The notes under the pieces were generated by a model. The model was not told the origin of the DNA. It made no database searches and saw nothing but the letters and a program-made list of their open reading frames with translations. From an uncultured Prevotellaceae bacterium (GTDB lineage: Bacteria; Bacteroidota; Bacteroidia; Bacteroidales; Bacteroidaceae), in the NCBI GenBank assembly GCA_902776685.1, contig CACYRB010000005.1:997-64996 (forward strand): a stretch of DNA of 64,000 nt. Direction: 5' to 3'. Numbering within the stretch: position 1 is the first letter of the stretch; each line of letters starts with the position of its first letter. Positions 29,849 to 39,237 of this stretch are shown piece by piece. The position numbers were made by a program, and so were the translations under genes.

Positions 29849-30296
29849 ATATACTCTTATAATGTGCATGAAGTTGCCGTCCCTGTTGCATCTGACCTTC
29901 ATTTCCACCCGATAGCAGTGGTCTATATATTCATAAACCCTGAATATTTGTCCTGGATGGTCCGAGCTCGGTTCGTTTGGATCTGTCAGTTCCGCATCAG
30001 ATATTAACTCGTGGGCTTTTTTTGCATAGGCTAATTTCAAAGAATAAAGAATATCCTCTTGATGCTTGTTTATAGTCTCCTGTAGCCTCCTCACCGAGCG
30101 CCATTGCCTCGTCGTGCGGTGTTTCGGGGTATTTGGACTTTCGGACCTGTACGACGGTGCAGCGGCAGTTCCAGCCGTTTGGCGGGTAGTATTCTTCCCA
30201 GAAGGGGTCTGTGATGGGTAGCGTGACGCGGTCGAGTGCGGCGTGTTCCGGTCGCACTTTATCGTCGTGGGCGGTTCGGTACTGTAGGTTGTAGCG
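29840..30296 (-). pseudogene. Remnant of a phage MuF (SPP1 gp7-like) minor head protein with a C-terminal extension
   Basis: RYNLQYRTAHDDKVRPEHAALDRVTLPITDPFWEEYYPPNGWNCRC is the MuF signature. No start codon; a frame switch near 30080 leads into an ~80-aa AT-rich tail. Confidence 0.8.
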
Positions 30297-30720
30297 TTAA
30301 ATGTTAAAAAAAGAGGACTTCGTCGCTCAAATTTAACGCCGGAAATCGCAAGAAATGATATCAGTGGGACTATAGTCCGCTGACATTAAAATCGACGATT
30401 CCTGAGTAAAGTTTGTAAGGTGTTGTTTATCAATGCTTTCCATTATTTATTACTTTTTACCTTTCACTTTTCGCTTCTGAAAGATATATGTTTCGGGTTG
30501 CGAAAGCTAAGCTTTCAGGTGGTGAAAGTTAAGCTTTCGCAGTGTAAAAGACGGTCTTTCGGAAGGTGAAACATATATGTTTCGCATTGAAAGGGGAGTA
30601 GAAGAGGAGCTTTTGGAGTGAAAAGCGATAAGAAATAAGTGAAAAACGGCGATTTTGGAAATGTTAAATCGGAAATCTTGTTTTAACATTTCCAGCATCG
30701 AACGCTATATGTTTGAGCCA
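30297..30720 (+). repeat. Dispersed ~400-bp palindromic element, copy B
   Basis: GTTAA..TTAAC 30303-30337; five-unit 22-bp array ~30478-30583; GTTAA..TTAAC 30663-30687. Confidence 0.8.
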
Positions 30721-30792
30721 TGAGATTAAGATTTGTTCACACTTGCCGGTTGAATCTGCGTAGTCTCTTCCCTGCAAAAAAAGTTAAAAGAT

Positions 30793-30823
30793 TTTGCGGT
30801 TTGGGGCAATATGTATAACTTTG
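30793..30823 (+). promoter_or_regulatory. Promoter of the tubulin-like operon (TTTG-N19-TAACTTTG)
   Basis: Consensus Bacteroidota -33/-7 elements ending 25 bp before ATG 30849. Confidence 0.65.
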
Positions 30824-30848
30824 CAGGCACGAAAAAAAATAAGGAATA

Positions 30849-32342
30849 ATGCGCAGAGCAAAATATACGATGTTTTGTCTGTTGGCAGCGATGTTGCTGG
30901 CGGGCTGCACGAACAAGCAGAGCCGAGCCTTCGACCGGCTGCTGGTGGAGGTTGGACAAGACGGTGCGGTTGATGCCGACGAGTGGGCACAAATCGTGGA
31001 GTTTCTCGACCGCAACAAGGCCCATTTTGAACGATTTTACGATGCGGGCGGCGAACTGCGCACCGATGAGGTGAAGCAGTATGCGGCCGACCTGTTTGCC
31101 CGGCGGCGGCCGCCGATGGAGGTCGACATGAGTGCTGCTGCTGCGGCTGCGCCCCTGCAGGTGAGTTTCTACCTGGAGCGGTCGGGGTCCATGTTGCCCT
31201 ATGATGCGCCACAGGGCAACGGCGAGCTGAAGGCTGCGCTGATGAGACTGCTGAACAGTGTGCCGGGCGAAACGGCGCGCCTCTTCGTGGTGAACGATGG
31301 CGTGCATGCCTATCCGCAGGGCACCGCCCAGTTTATCAGGAGCGCCAACGTGTTTGAATCGACCAAGGGCATCGGTGACGCTTCGTATACCGACTTTGCT
31401 GCCATCTTCGGACATCTGTTGCAGAAGACGGGGCACGGCGAGATTGGCGTGCTGGTGACCGACCTGATTTATTCTACGCCTTCGATGACGGGGCTGAGTC
31501 CGCAGAAGATTTTTGCCGATGCGCAGGGCATGACACAGGCCGTGTTTAAGGATGAGGCGTTGGGCCGCTCGATGCTGGTGGTGAAGTTGGGAGGCTCGTA
31601 TGTGGGTCCCTACTATGCCTACGACCAGCCGTGTGGCGGTACGGCCTATAATGGTCGGCGACCTTTTTATATCGTCGTCGTGGGTGACAATGCCGCCATG
31701 CGACGTCTGACGACCGACGCGGACTATGCCGCCTTCAGCAGGTTTTCCTCGCTGCCCGGCTATGAGGGCATGACATTGCTGTCGGCTGGTGTGCCCTATA
31801 AGCCCTATTACTCGCTGCTGCTCTCGGGGAAGGATCTGCGCGGACGCTTTAGTCCCGAGCGCGGACAGGCCGAACGAATCACAGCGATTGAGGGGGTGAG
31901 ACCTGATGCCGACAGTGGCGACCTGCGTCTTGCGCTTGCCGTGGACCTGAGCCACATGCTGGTTGACGAGGCCTATCTGACTGATGTTGCCAACTACGAG
32001 GTGGAGAGCAGGTCGGGGCTGACGATAAAGGAAATCAGAACGGTGACGGCTGCCGATGCCACGCCAGCCGAACGACGTTATCTGAAGCAGGCTACCCACA
32101 TCTTCGTGTTGCAGGCCACCGACGTTGTGCCGAGCGAAGAGGTGGTAATCAGGCTGAAAAATCGGTTGCCGCAGTGGGTGGAGCAGTCGTCGACCGACGA
32201 CGACCGTGACGTGACTGCCCCGCGCTTTGCTCAGACCACGTTTGGGTTGCGTTATCTGTTGCAGGGCATCAGCGACGCTTATGCCCGCCATGCCGACCAG
32301 CAGCCTGCCTATTTTGAGATGAAACTACAGGTGAAGAGATGA
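30849..32342 (+). CDS. Lipoprotein with vWA/MIDAS-like domain
   Basis: LAGC lipobox; FYLERSGSM (DxSxS with D>E), YTDFAAIF and VLVTDLIYS; EF-hand-like QDGAVDADEW near the N-terminus. Confidence 0.65.
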   Translation: MRRAKYTMFCLLAAMLLAGCTNKQSRAFDRLLVEVGQDGAVDADEWAQIVEFLDRNKAHFERFYDAGGELRTDEVKQYAADLFARRRPPMEVDMSAAAAAAPLQVSFYLERSGSMLPYDAPQGNGELKAALMRLLNSVPGETARLFVVNDGVHAYPQGTAQFIRSANVFESTKGIGDASYTDFAAIFGHLLQKTGHGEIGVLVTDLIYSTPSMTGLSPQKIFADAQGMTQAVFKDEALGRSMLVVKLGGSYVGPYYAYDQPCGGTAYNGRRPFYIVVVGDNAAMRRLTTDADYAAFSRFSSLPGYEGMTLLSAGVPYKPYYSLLLSGKDLRGRFSPERGQAERITAIEGVRPDADSGDLRLALAVDLSHMLVDEAYLTDVANYEVESRSGLTIKEIRTVTAADATPAERRYLKQATHIFVLQATDVVPSEEVVIRLKNRLPQWVEQSSTDDDRDVTAPRFAQTTFGLRYLLQGISDAYARHADQQPAYFEMKLQVKR

Positions 32343-32377
32343 TTACTCCCCCTTAAGCATTAATATAATTTCTAATA

Positions 32378-32824
32378 ATGAATACAAAATTTGTATTGTT
32401 GGTCACTGGTGCACTGCTTTCGCTACTGTTGGTGGTGTTTGCAGCACAGGTGTTCGAGTTGCTCTATTACGAGCGTGAGTTTTCAAACGAGATGTTTAAT
32501 CAGGGAAACTACACCACGGTAGCCCTGCTTGCGGTAGGCGTGGCGTGGGTGCTGGCGGCAGTGTTCTACTATGCCGTGAACTCGGTGAGTTTCTCGCGGT
32601 GGTATCACTGGCTTATCGTGCTGGCAGTGGCAGCGATGACGGTCCCCGTCGTGGTCTATGTGTGGCTCGACGGACAGTTTGCCGGCGACGGCCTCGACTT
32701 CTCGGGACAGCTGTTCAGCTTCTCTCTGATGGCGATGCTCGTCGAGGTGGTCATCTTCACGTTGGCCTCGTTCTCCATGCGGTGGTGGAGCTCCAACTGT
32801 CGCCACACACCGTTCCCAGAGTGA
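32378..32824 (+). CDS. Small integral membrane protein (about 4 TM)
   Basis: Four hydrophobic segments; lies within the operon. Confidence 0.75.
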   Translation: MNTKFVLLVTGALLSLLLVVFAAQVFELLYYEREFSNEMFNQGNYTTVALLAVGVAWVLAAVFYYAVNSVSFSRWYHWLIVLAVAAMTVPVVVYVWLDGQFAGDGLDFSGQLFSFSLMAMLVEVVIFTLASFSMRWWSSNCRHTPFPE

Positions 32825-32890
32825 CGTCCCATTCACTCCCCAAGCCACAGGCTTGCCCCCCTTAAGCACTAATAATATCAATCAAAATAA

Positions 32891-34435
32891 ATGCGACTAT
32901 TTCTATTTCTTGTAGGCGGCACGGGGTCGCGTGTCATGCGACCGCTCATCATGCAGTTTGCCGCAGGCATTCATCCTACCGACGAGGGCGGCCAACCACA
33001 GCCGCTTGAGGTGGTGCCTATCGTGGTGGACCCCCATCAAGCCAACGAAGACCTGAAGCGCACGGAGAATCTGATGCGTTGGTATAAGCAGACGCGGCGC
33101 GCCCTCTATGGCGATGCCACTGACGTGACGCGAGGTTTTTTCTCGGTGAAGATTTCTACGCTGAGCGACATCCTGCCCGGTGGCTCAAACCTGAGCGACA
33201 CCTTCCTGTTCAATATGAACGCAATAGAGTCGAAAAAGTTTAAAGACCTCATTGACTATGCCACGCTCGACACCGCCAACCAGGCACTGTGCTCGATGAT
33301 GTTCTCCGACGAACAACTGGAGACGAAGATGGACATCGGCTTCGTGGGAAGTCCCAACATCGGCAGCGTGGCACTCAACCAGTTTAAGGAGAGTGAGGAG
33401 TTCAGACAGTTCTCTAACGTGTTTCAGAAGAACGATCGTATCTTCGTCGTGTCGAGCATCTTCGGCGGCACGGGCGCGGCCGGATACCCCATCATCGTGA
33501 AGAACATCAGAAACGCTGCCGAGAATGTGCAGATTAACAACCGCGCCGACCTTCGCGACGCCCGCATCGGTGCACTGACTGTACTGCCATACTTCAACAT
33601 CCAGCAAGACGAGAACAGCCCGATCTCGCGGGCCGACTTCATTTCGAAGACCAAGTCGGCACTCTACTATTATCACGACAACCTGACGGGGCTCAGGCAG
33701 AACGGTGTCGACCTGCCCATGTCGAAGGTCAACGCATGTTACTATCTCGGCGACGAGGTGCCGAGCAACCCCTACTATAATGATCCGGGTGGCAACGGCC
33801 AGCGTAACGACGCCCACGTGGTGGAGTATGTTGGCGCACTCGCGATACTCGACTTCCTGCAGATTCCCGATGAGCAGCTTGTCACTGTTGACGGCAACGC
33901 CCAGAACCCCATCTTCAAGGAGTACGGTCTGGCCAACGACAAGCGCACCCTCACGCTGAAAGACTTCGGTGTGGCCACACGTGTTGCCGTGAACCGGCAG
34001 ATGGCAAAGTTTCATCTCGCTTATATGTATATCACCCACCAGTTCAGGAATGATATCGGACGCGGGTACACCCAAGACAAACCCGAGATAGGGCAGGGCT
34101 TCACCACCACTACGTTCTTTACCACGCTCACCAATAACTTTTTCGTGGGCTACTGGCAATGGCTGAAAGAACTCAGAGGCAATCAGCGCAGCTTCGCACC
34201 TTTCAATCTGGAAACCCAGAAGCTGGGAGAAGCCATCGCCGACGTGGCACCCAAGACTGGGCTCTTTAAATCGGCCATTGACTACAAGACTTTGCTGGCT
34301 GCACTCAACAAAGCCTCACAGACAGCCACACGAGAGCATCGCTATGCCTCGAACAATGTGCCCTTCAAATTTATGAACCTGCTCGATGAGGTACTCGACA
34401 AACTCGTCGATGAGAAATTCAACAGTGTGATATGA
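32891..34435 (+). CDS. Divergent tubulin/FtsZ-superfamily protein (Tubulin_2-like)
   Basis: N-terminal strand plus LVGGTGSRV (T1 loop), GFVGSPNIG (T3-like), VSSIFGGTGAAG (T4 tubulin-signature variant), LTVLPYF. Confidence 0.8.
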   Translation: MRLFLFLVGGTGSRVMRPLIMQFAAGIHPTDEGGQPQPLEVVPIVVDPHQANEDLKRTENLMRWYKQTRRALYGDATDVTRGFFSVKISTLSDILPGGSNLSDTFLFNMNAIESKKFKDLIDYATLDTANQALCSMMFSDEQLETKMDIGFVGSPNIGSVALNQFKESEEFRQFSNVFQKNDRIFVVSSIFGGTGAAGYPIIVKNIRNAAENVQINNRADLRDARIGALTVLPYFNIQQDENSPISRADFISKTKSALYYYHDNLTGLRQNGVDLPMSKVNACYYLGDEVPSNPYYNDPGGNGQRNDAHVVEYVGALAILDFLQIPDEQLVTVDGNAQNPIFKEYGLANDKRTLTLKDFGVATRVAVNRQMAKFHLAYMYITHQFRNDIGRGYTQDKPEIGQGFTTTTFFTTLTNNFFVGYWQWLKELRGNQRSFAPFNLETQKLGEAIADVAPKTGLFKSAIDYKTLLAALNKASQTATREHRYASNNVPFKFMNLLDEVLDKLVDEKFNSVI

Positions 34436-37400
34436 GCAAGATACTATCCTACAACAACAAGACTACCGGCGAAGGCTGGATAGTGCTGAACAGCCAATAC
34501 AACGCCGACGATATTGAGATGATTTCCGACCCTAACGGCGGACTCTCGTCGCGGCCTCGTACGGCCATACCCTCGCCGCTGGCACAGATGGACCTTGTGA
34601 AAAACGCTTTCAAGCGACTGGCTGCCAGTCCTGCTCTGCGCGGTGAGGTGATGGACGAGAAACTCGTGGCCAACGCCTTCGATGTGGCACAGCTGTTCTT
34701 CAACTTCGGCGAGCTACGCAACCAGATGAGAATAGTGGCGTGGGACCGCAAGGCAGGAATCGATGCACTGAAATCCTCGCCAAGCCATCGACTGCTGGGC
34801 GAGACGCTTGAGATGTACTTCACTCAGGACCGCGAGGCCTTCAACTTTGACAAGTTTGACCGCCTCTACTTCCTTATCTGGCGCGACAAAGTGCTTGGCT
34901 GCACATCGCCCGTCACCCTCTTCATGGCCACGCCCAATGCCAAGGAGGGCGACTTCGACCTGCCCGTAGAGCAAAACGTTAGACTGTTCCAGACGTGGCG
35001 GCCACTCTACAAGCGCGACGCTAAGTTTGTGAAGTATATCTACGCCCTGTTCACAGCCTATCCCCAGCTGAAGAAGCACTGCGGTGAGCTCAACGCCTAT
35101 CTCATCGCCTGCTTCCCGCTGCTCAGCCAGGAACTGCAAAATGCCATACTCACCGAGGTGGGCAACCCCGCAGCCTTCGACGAGGAAAGTGCTGAGCGGG
35201 CAAAGACTCTCTTGCAGACCACCTTCAGCCAGATGGCCGAAGGCGTGCAGGCACTCGGCATTCCGTTCTACGAAGCACGCTTGACTGACATCGAGGCTGC
35301 TATCGCACAGAGTGACTTCATGCTAGTGCCCTCACGACCGCAAGAAAAAGATGAGCGTATACCGTTGGTGCTGCAGAACAACCTCAACACGACACCTTCC
35401 GATCCCTTCAACTACATTACCGGAGCCTGGCAGAACACCACAGTCATCACGCCGGCTGACTATCAGCTGCCGCCCGAGAAGCGAAAGCTGCCTGCCACCA
35501 ACCATGAATATCCATGGCTGACTGATGACGACTTCCTGCAGCCCAGCCTCATCAAGCTTGATTACGCTCTCGATCGGGATTGCTTCTTCAACGGAAACAT
35601 CACCAAGACCACACGCGAGGCCGACGACTGCGACTTCCTGCTGCCGCTGAAACCGTTGTTCTTCAAGTATTTCGATGTGAAAGACCTCTGGGGAACCATC
35701 AACGGACAACCCCGATTCGAGATGCAGCATGCCAGAAACGGTGCTGTGGAGAGTGTCACGGTTATTCTCCGCCTGCCAGTCAGAAAGCGCGGGGCTTGCA
35801 TTACCCTGAAGCGCACCTACGTGGCAGCCAACAATCTCGACCTAACTTTCGATGCAAAAAACAACTGCGGCCATTTCATCACTGTGCCGTTTGCCATGAG
35901 CGTCTTCCCCTTTGTGAGAGTCACGTCGGCACCTCTTTATGATGTGCAGCTCGTCGACCGCGCTCTTGGGCCGCTCGAGAACTACCGGTTGTCGCTCGAA
36001 TTCTACCAGAACGGCTTCCAGAACCGTGTCGCGCCCGATGACGTGAATGCTCGCGAGCGTAGCCTGAAACAGGAAAAGCGTGTGGGCTCCACCTACTACC
36101 AGCTATCAGCCAATTTCGACTATGCCACCGTCGTACTGACCGATGACCGCAACGCGCTTGCTGCCGAGGGTGTTGTCTGCCCAAGATGGAACGAGACGGG
36201 CACAGGGCATGAGCAGTTCACCTTTGCCGTTGACTTCGGCACTACCAACACTCACCTCGAGTACATGACCACGACAGAGCTGCCAAAGCCCCTCCACCTC
36301 GATTCCCTCTCGCGTGACCGACTGCTGGCAACTCTCTACAACGGACCGAAGATTCTGTACGACGTCATTCTGAAACAAGAATTCCTGCCAAAAGAAATCG
36401 GCGGAGAATATGGTTTCCCGCAGCGCACGGTCCTCTCGGAAAGCGAAAGGCTGGATGCTGAAAATGTTGACCAGATTGTGGCGCTCTGCGACGCCAATAT
36501 TCCCTTCATCTACGAGAAAGAGAGTATCGGCTACGGCAATCGTATCGTGCCAAACCTAAAATGGTCGACTGAGACCAGCAACAGTAAGCGTATCTATGCT
36601 TATCTGACCGAGCTGGCGCTGCTCATGCGAACGAATGTACTACTCGAAAAAGGTGACCTGAACAAGACCCGACTCGTGTGGTTCTATCCCTTGGCTATGA
36701 AAATTGGTAACGTCAGAAAACTTAGTGAGATGTGGGCCAAAATCTTTAAACGAGTATTTGGAACAACGCCGACAGAGCAAAACCTGATTCAGATGCCCGA
36801 GTCGGTGGCACCCTACTATTTCTACAAGTGCAGTAGCCAGTTCAGAGGGGCAGCATCGACCGTCGCCAGTATTGACATCGGTGGTGGCTCAAGCGATGTA
36901 GTGGTGTTTGAGCCCAACGAAAAACAGCCCACGATGCTTACTTCGTTCCGCTTTGCGGCTAACGTCCTTTTTGGTGACGGTTTTTCCGAAGTGCCTCACG
37001 GTGATACTAACCCGATGCTCGTGAAGTATGTCGACTATTTCCGTCGCTTGTTCGATGCCGACGATGAGAAATACGGCGAGCTGAGCGGCATTCTCGAAAA
37101 CATCACCTCGCGACGGAAAAGTGAAGACATCAACGCCTTCCTTTTCTCCGTGGTCAATAACCGTGTGGTCGGAGCAAACGACGTCTTCTCTTATAACATG
37201 AGGCTCAACGAGGATGGACAGTTCAAAATTGTCTTTATCTACTTCTATGTGGCGCTGGTCTTCTATGTGGCTAAGATGATGAAACATCGTGGGGTGAATA
37301 AACCTCGAAGCCTGATGTTCAGCGGCACCGGGAGCAAGGTACTCGATATCGTTGGTGCACAGCGCGAGTTGAACCTGCTGACACAGATGGTCTTTGAACG

Positions 37401-37905
37401 CGTTTACGGTGAAACCTATGATGCAGACGGTTTTTCCGTTATCATGGAACGAAACGAGCCTAAGCAAATCACGTGCCGAGGTGCCCTTATGCAGGTGCGC
37501 GACGATATCGGATGCGCAAGCGTAGCCGAGTTGAACCGGATGATTGACGACTTCAACCAGACGCTGAAGGGAAATTATTCCATGATTTCTCGCGAGAAAT
37601 TAATCTACAGCGACATGGATGACTCGTCAGTACGTCAGGAATTGATTACTCGAGTAAAGGAATTCAACGATTTCTTTATCTCGCTTTGCGATGAAATCCA
37701 TGTGGCCGATCGTTTCTTGGTTGATAACAGTGCCTTGCTGCACCTGAAGGAAACGGTCAACAAAGACTTGGAGCACCATCTTATCAATGGCTGGAACTTC
37801 ACAAACAAGAATGAAGTCGACCGCAACAAGTCTGATGTCGTTGAAGACACCGTGTTCTTCTATCCAATCATTGGAAGCATCCGAGAAAACCTGATTGGCG
37901 GGTGA
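34432..37905 (+). CDS. 1157-aa protein with C-terminal actin/Hsp70-like (ASKHA) ATPase domain
   Basis: FAVDFGTTNT (phosphate 1), MPESVAP (connect 1), IDIGGGSSD (phosphate 2), MFSGTGSK (adenosine), PKQITCRGA (connect 2); ATGA overlap with the tubulin-like gene. Confidence 0.78.
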   Translation: MSKILSYNNKTTGEGWIVLNSQYNADDIEMISDPNGGLSSRPRTAIPSPLAQMDLVKNAFKRLAASPALRGEVMDEKLVANAFDVAQLFFNFGELRNQMRIVAWDRKAGIDALKSSPSHRLLGETLEMYFTQDREAFNFDKFDRLYFLIWRDKVLGCTSPVTLFMATPNAKEGDFDLPVEQNVRLFQTWRPLYKRDAKFVKYIYALFTAYPQLKKHCGELNAYLIACFPLLSQELQNAILTEVGNPAAFDEESAERAKTLLQTTFSQMAEGVQALGIPFYEARLTDIEAAIAQSDFMLVPSRPQEKDERIPLVLQNNLNTTPSDPFNYITGAWQNTTVITPADYQLPPEKRKLPATNHEYPWLTDDDFLQPSLIKLDYALDRDCFFNGNITKTTREADDCDFLLPLKPLFFKYFDVKDLWGTINGQPRFEMQHARNGAVESVTVILRLPVRKRGACITLKRTYVAANNLDLTFDAKNNCGHFITVPFAMSVFPFVRVTSAPLYDVQLVDRALGPLENYRLSLEFYQNGFQNRVAPDDVNARERSLKQEKRVGSTYYQLSANFDYATVVLTDDRNALAAEGVVCPRWNETGTGHEQFTFAVDFGTTNTHLEYMTTTELPKPLHLDSLSRDRLLATLYNGPKILYDVILKQEFLPKEIGGEYGFPQRTVLSESERLDAENVDQIVALCDANIPFIYEKESIGYGNRIVPNLKWSTETSNSKRIYAYLTELALLMRTNVLLEKGDLNKTRLVWFYPLAMKIGNVRKLSEMWAKIFKRVFGTTPTEQNLIQMPESVAPYYFYKCSSQFRGAASTVASIDIGGGSSDVVVFEPNEKQPTMLTSFRFAANVLFGDGFSEVPHGDTNPMLVKYVDYFRRLFDADDEKYGELSGILENITSRRKSEDINAFLFSVVNNRVVGANDVFSYNMRLNEDGQFKIVFIYFYVALVFYVAKMMKHRGVNKPRSLMFSGTGSKVLDIVGAQRELNLLTQMVFERVYGETYDADGFSVIMERNEPKQITCRGALMQVRDDIGCASVAELNRMIDDFNQTLKGNYSMISREKLIYSDMDDSSVRQELITRVKEFNDFFISLCDEIHVADRFLVDNSALLHLKETVNKDLEHHLINGWNFTNKNEVDRNKSDVVEDTVFFYPIIGSIRENLIGG

Positions 37906-37936
37906 GGAATCCTAATCAAGTAAGACTGTTTGAACA

Positions 37937-38524
37937 ATGTTTTCAAAATTTCGTAACAAACCGACGGGTACAGAACGTAACCCCGATGTAACCGAACTCG
38001 TTGAAACTCCTGAGCTGAGGCAGATTGCCGCTTTGGAAGCACGAATAAAGCAGCTCGAAAAGCAAATGGCGTTGCTGTCAAATAAGTTCAGCAAGTTGGC
38101 AGAGGCCTTTGACGAACTTACGATAAAGAAGGACGATGCAGTCGAACAGGTGCCCATTGAGGTGGAACAACACGCTGTAGCCGACAAGACAAGCGGACAA
38201 AAGGAATCAACGGTCATTCTCTATCTTTCCGCCCCCGATGCTGATGGAGTGTTTCCCGAACATGAGACTGCTGAGACCATCGGGAAGAGCATGTATCGAT
38301 TGGAGACAAAAGATGGGATGTCGGGTCGCTTTGAAATGATTGGTAGTGCCGATGCCGTAGCTACAGCACTCATCAGCGTGTCGCAATTTGTGAAACCCGC
38401 CTGCCGCATCCTCGGAGCCTTGCCGCCAATGCCCCGGCAAATTGTGACTCTGGAACAGGGTGTGGCCAAGAAAGAAGGCGAGACATGGAGGGTTACGACA
38501 AAGGCAATCGTAAAATTCGAATAG
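37937..38524 (+). CDS. Coiled-coil protein with beta-rich C-terminal domain
   Basis: Heptads IAALEARIKQLEKQMALLSNKFSKL; tail IVTLEQGVAKKEGETWRVTTKAIVKFE. Confidence 0.7.
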   Translation: MFSKFRNKPTGTERNPDVTELVETPELRQIAALEARIKQLEKQMALLSNKFSKLAEAFDELTIKKDDAVEQVPIEVEQHAVADKTSGQKESTVILYLSAPDADGVFPEHETAETIGKSMYRLETKDGMSGRFEMIGSADAVATALISVSQFVKPACRILGALPPMPRQIVTLEQGVAKKEGETWRVTTKAIVKFE

Positions 38525-38559
38525 TTTATTAAACGTTTAAGGTGAATATTAACTGAAAA

Positions 38560-39237
38560 ATGATAATCAAGTGCCCTCATTGCAGGTTTAAGTATGAAGA
38601 CGAGGTCGCTCCGGGCATTCAGGAGCTCTCATGTGTGTGCCCTCGTTGTGCCTATCCGTTCACGGTTCAGCTGACCGATTCTCCCCATCTCTCGTCCGAT
38701 GACGCTCAAGCTTCCGGGACAAATGTAGTTCAGGAGAAAGGAACTTTTGTCGGTGACATGTCCGATAATGCTTCTGCGAATGTTCCACCAATGACGTATC
38801 CTCAGACTCCGTCGCCTTCTCCAAGACCAGCATACCCTTATGCGACTAACTCTCCAAGACCGCGCAATACGGGATGCTGCCTGAAGTTGCTCATCATCCT
38901 GATTATTGCTATCGGTGGAATCGTTTTGCTCGGACGTAGCTGTTACCAATCGTTTACTGCCGACGACCTTGAACAAACGGAGGGAGAATACCTAAACGAT
39001 GTTGATGATAGCAGAAATGACGAGTATGCAAACGATGGTACTCCGAAGAATTTGCCCAAATGGGTGCAAGGGCGATGGAGCTATCAAGACGAAAACGGCT
39101 TTACAATCAGTGTTTCCATTCATGGACGTACCATCTCTGAAGCCTCAGGAGGAGGAACTTCTTATGGAACAATTACTTACGAATACGAAAACGGCATTAT
39201 CACAGCTCACTATAGTGACGGTCACAATATGCGCTAA
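38560..39237 (+). CDS. Zinc-ribbon / Pro-rich linker / single-TM protein (C-terminus possibly frameshifted)
   Basis: CPHC...CPRC, Pro-rich linker, TM LLIILIIAIGGIVLL, then a domain beginning LPKWVQGRWSY. Confidence 0.7.
   Translation: MIIKCPHCRFKYEDEVAPGIQELSCVCPRCAYPFTVQLTDSPHLSSDDAQASGTNVVQEKGTFVGDMSDNASANVPPMTYPQTPSPSPRPAYPYATNSPRPRNTGCCLKLLIILIIAIGGIVLLGRSCYQSFTADDLEQTEGEYLNDVDDSRNDEYANDGTPKNLPKWVQGRWSYQDENGFTISVSIHGRTISEASGGGTSYGTITYEYENGIITAHYSDGHNMR

Noticed and set aside
30297-30690. Integron attC sites (GTTAAAT / ATTTAAC match GTTRRRY / RYYYAAC)
   Set aside because: Within each box the order is reversed relative to attC, the cross-element span (>300 bp) is too long, and there is no integrase or cassette array
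30726-32291. Long antisense ORFs (521 aa here; also 10800-12089, 26777-28009, 61957-63153 and others)
   Set aside because: Shadow frames of GC-rich genes with strong codon bias; no recognisable motifs
32891-37905. Canonical ftsZ / ftsA / dnaK / mreB
   Set aside because: Tubulin signature is GGTGAAG rather than GGGTGTG, there is no dcw context, and the ATPase is 1157 aa without a DnaK substrate-binding domain
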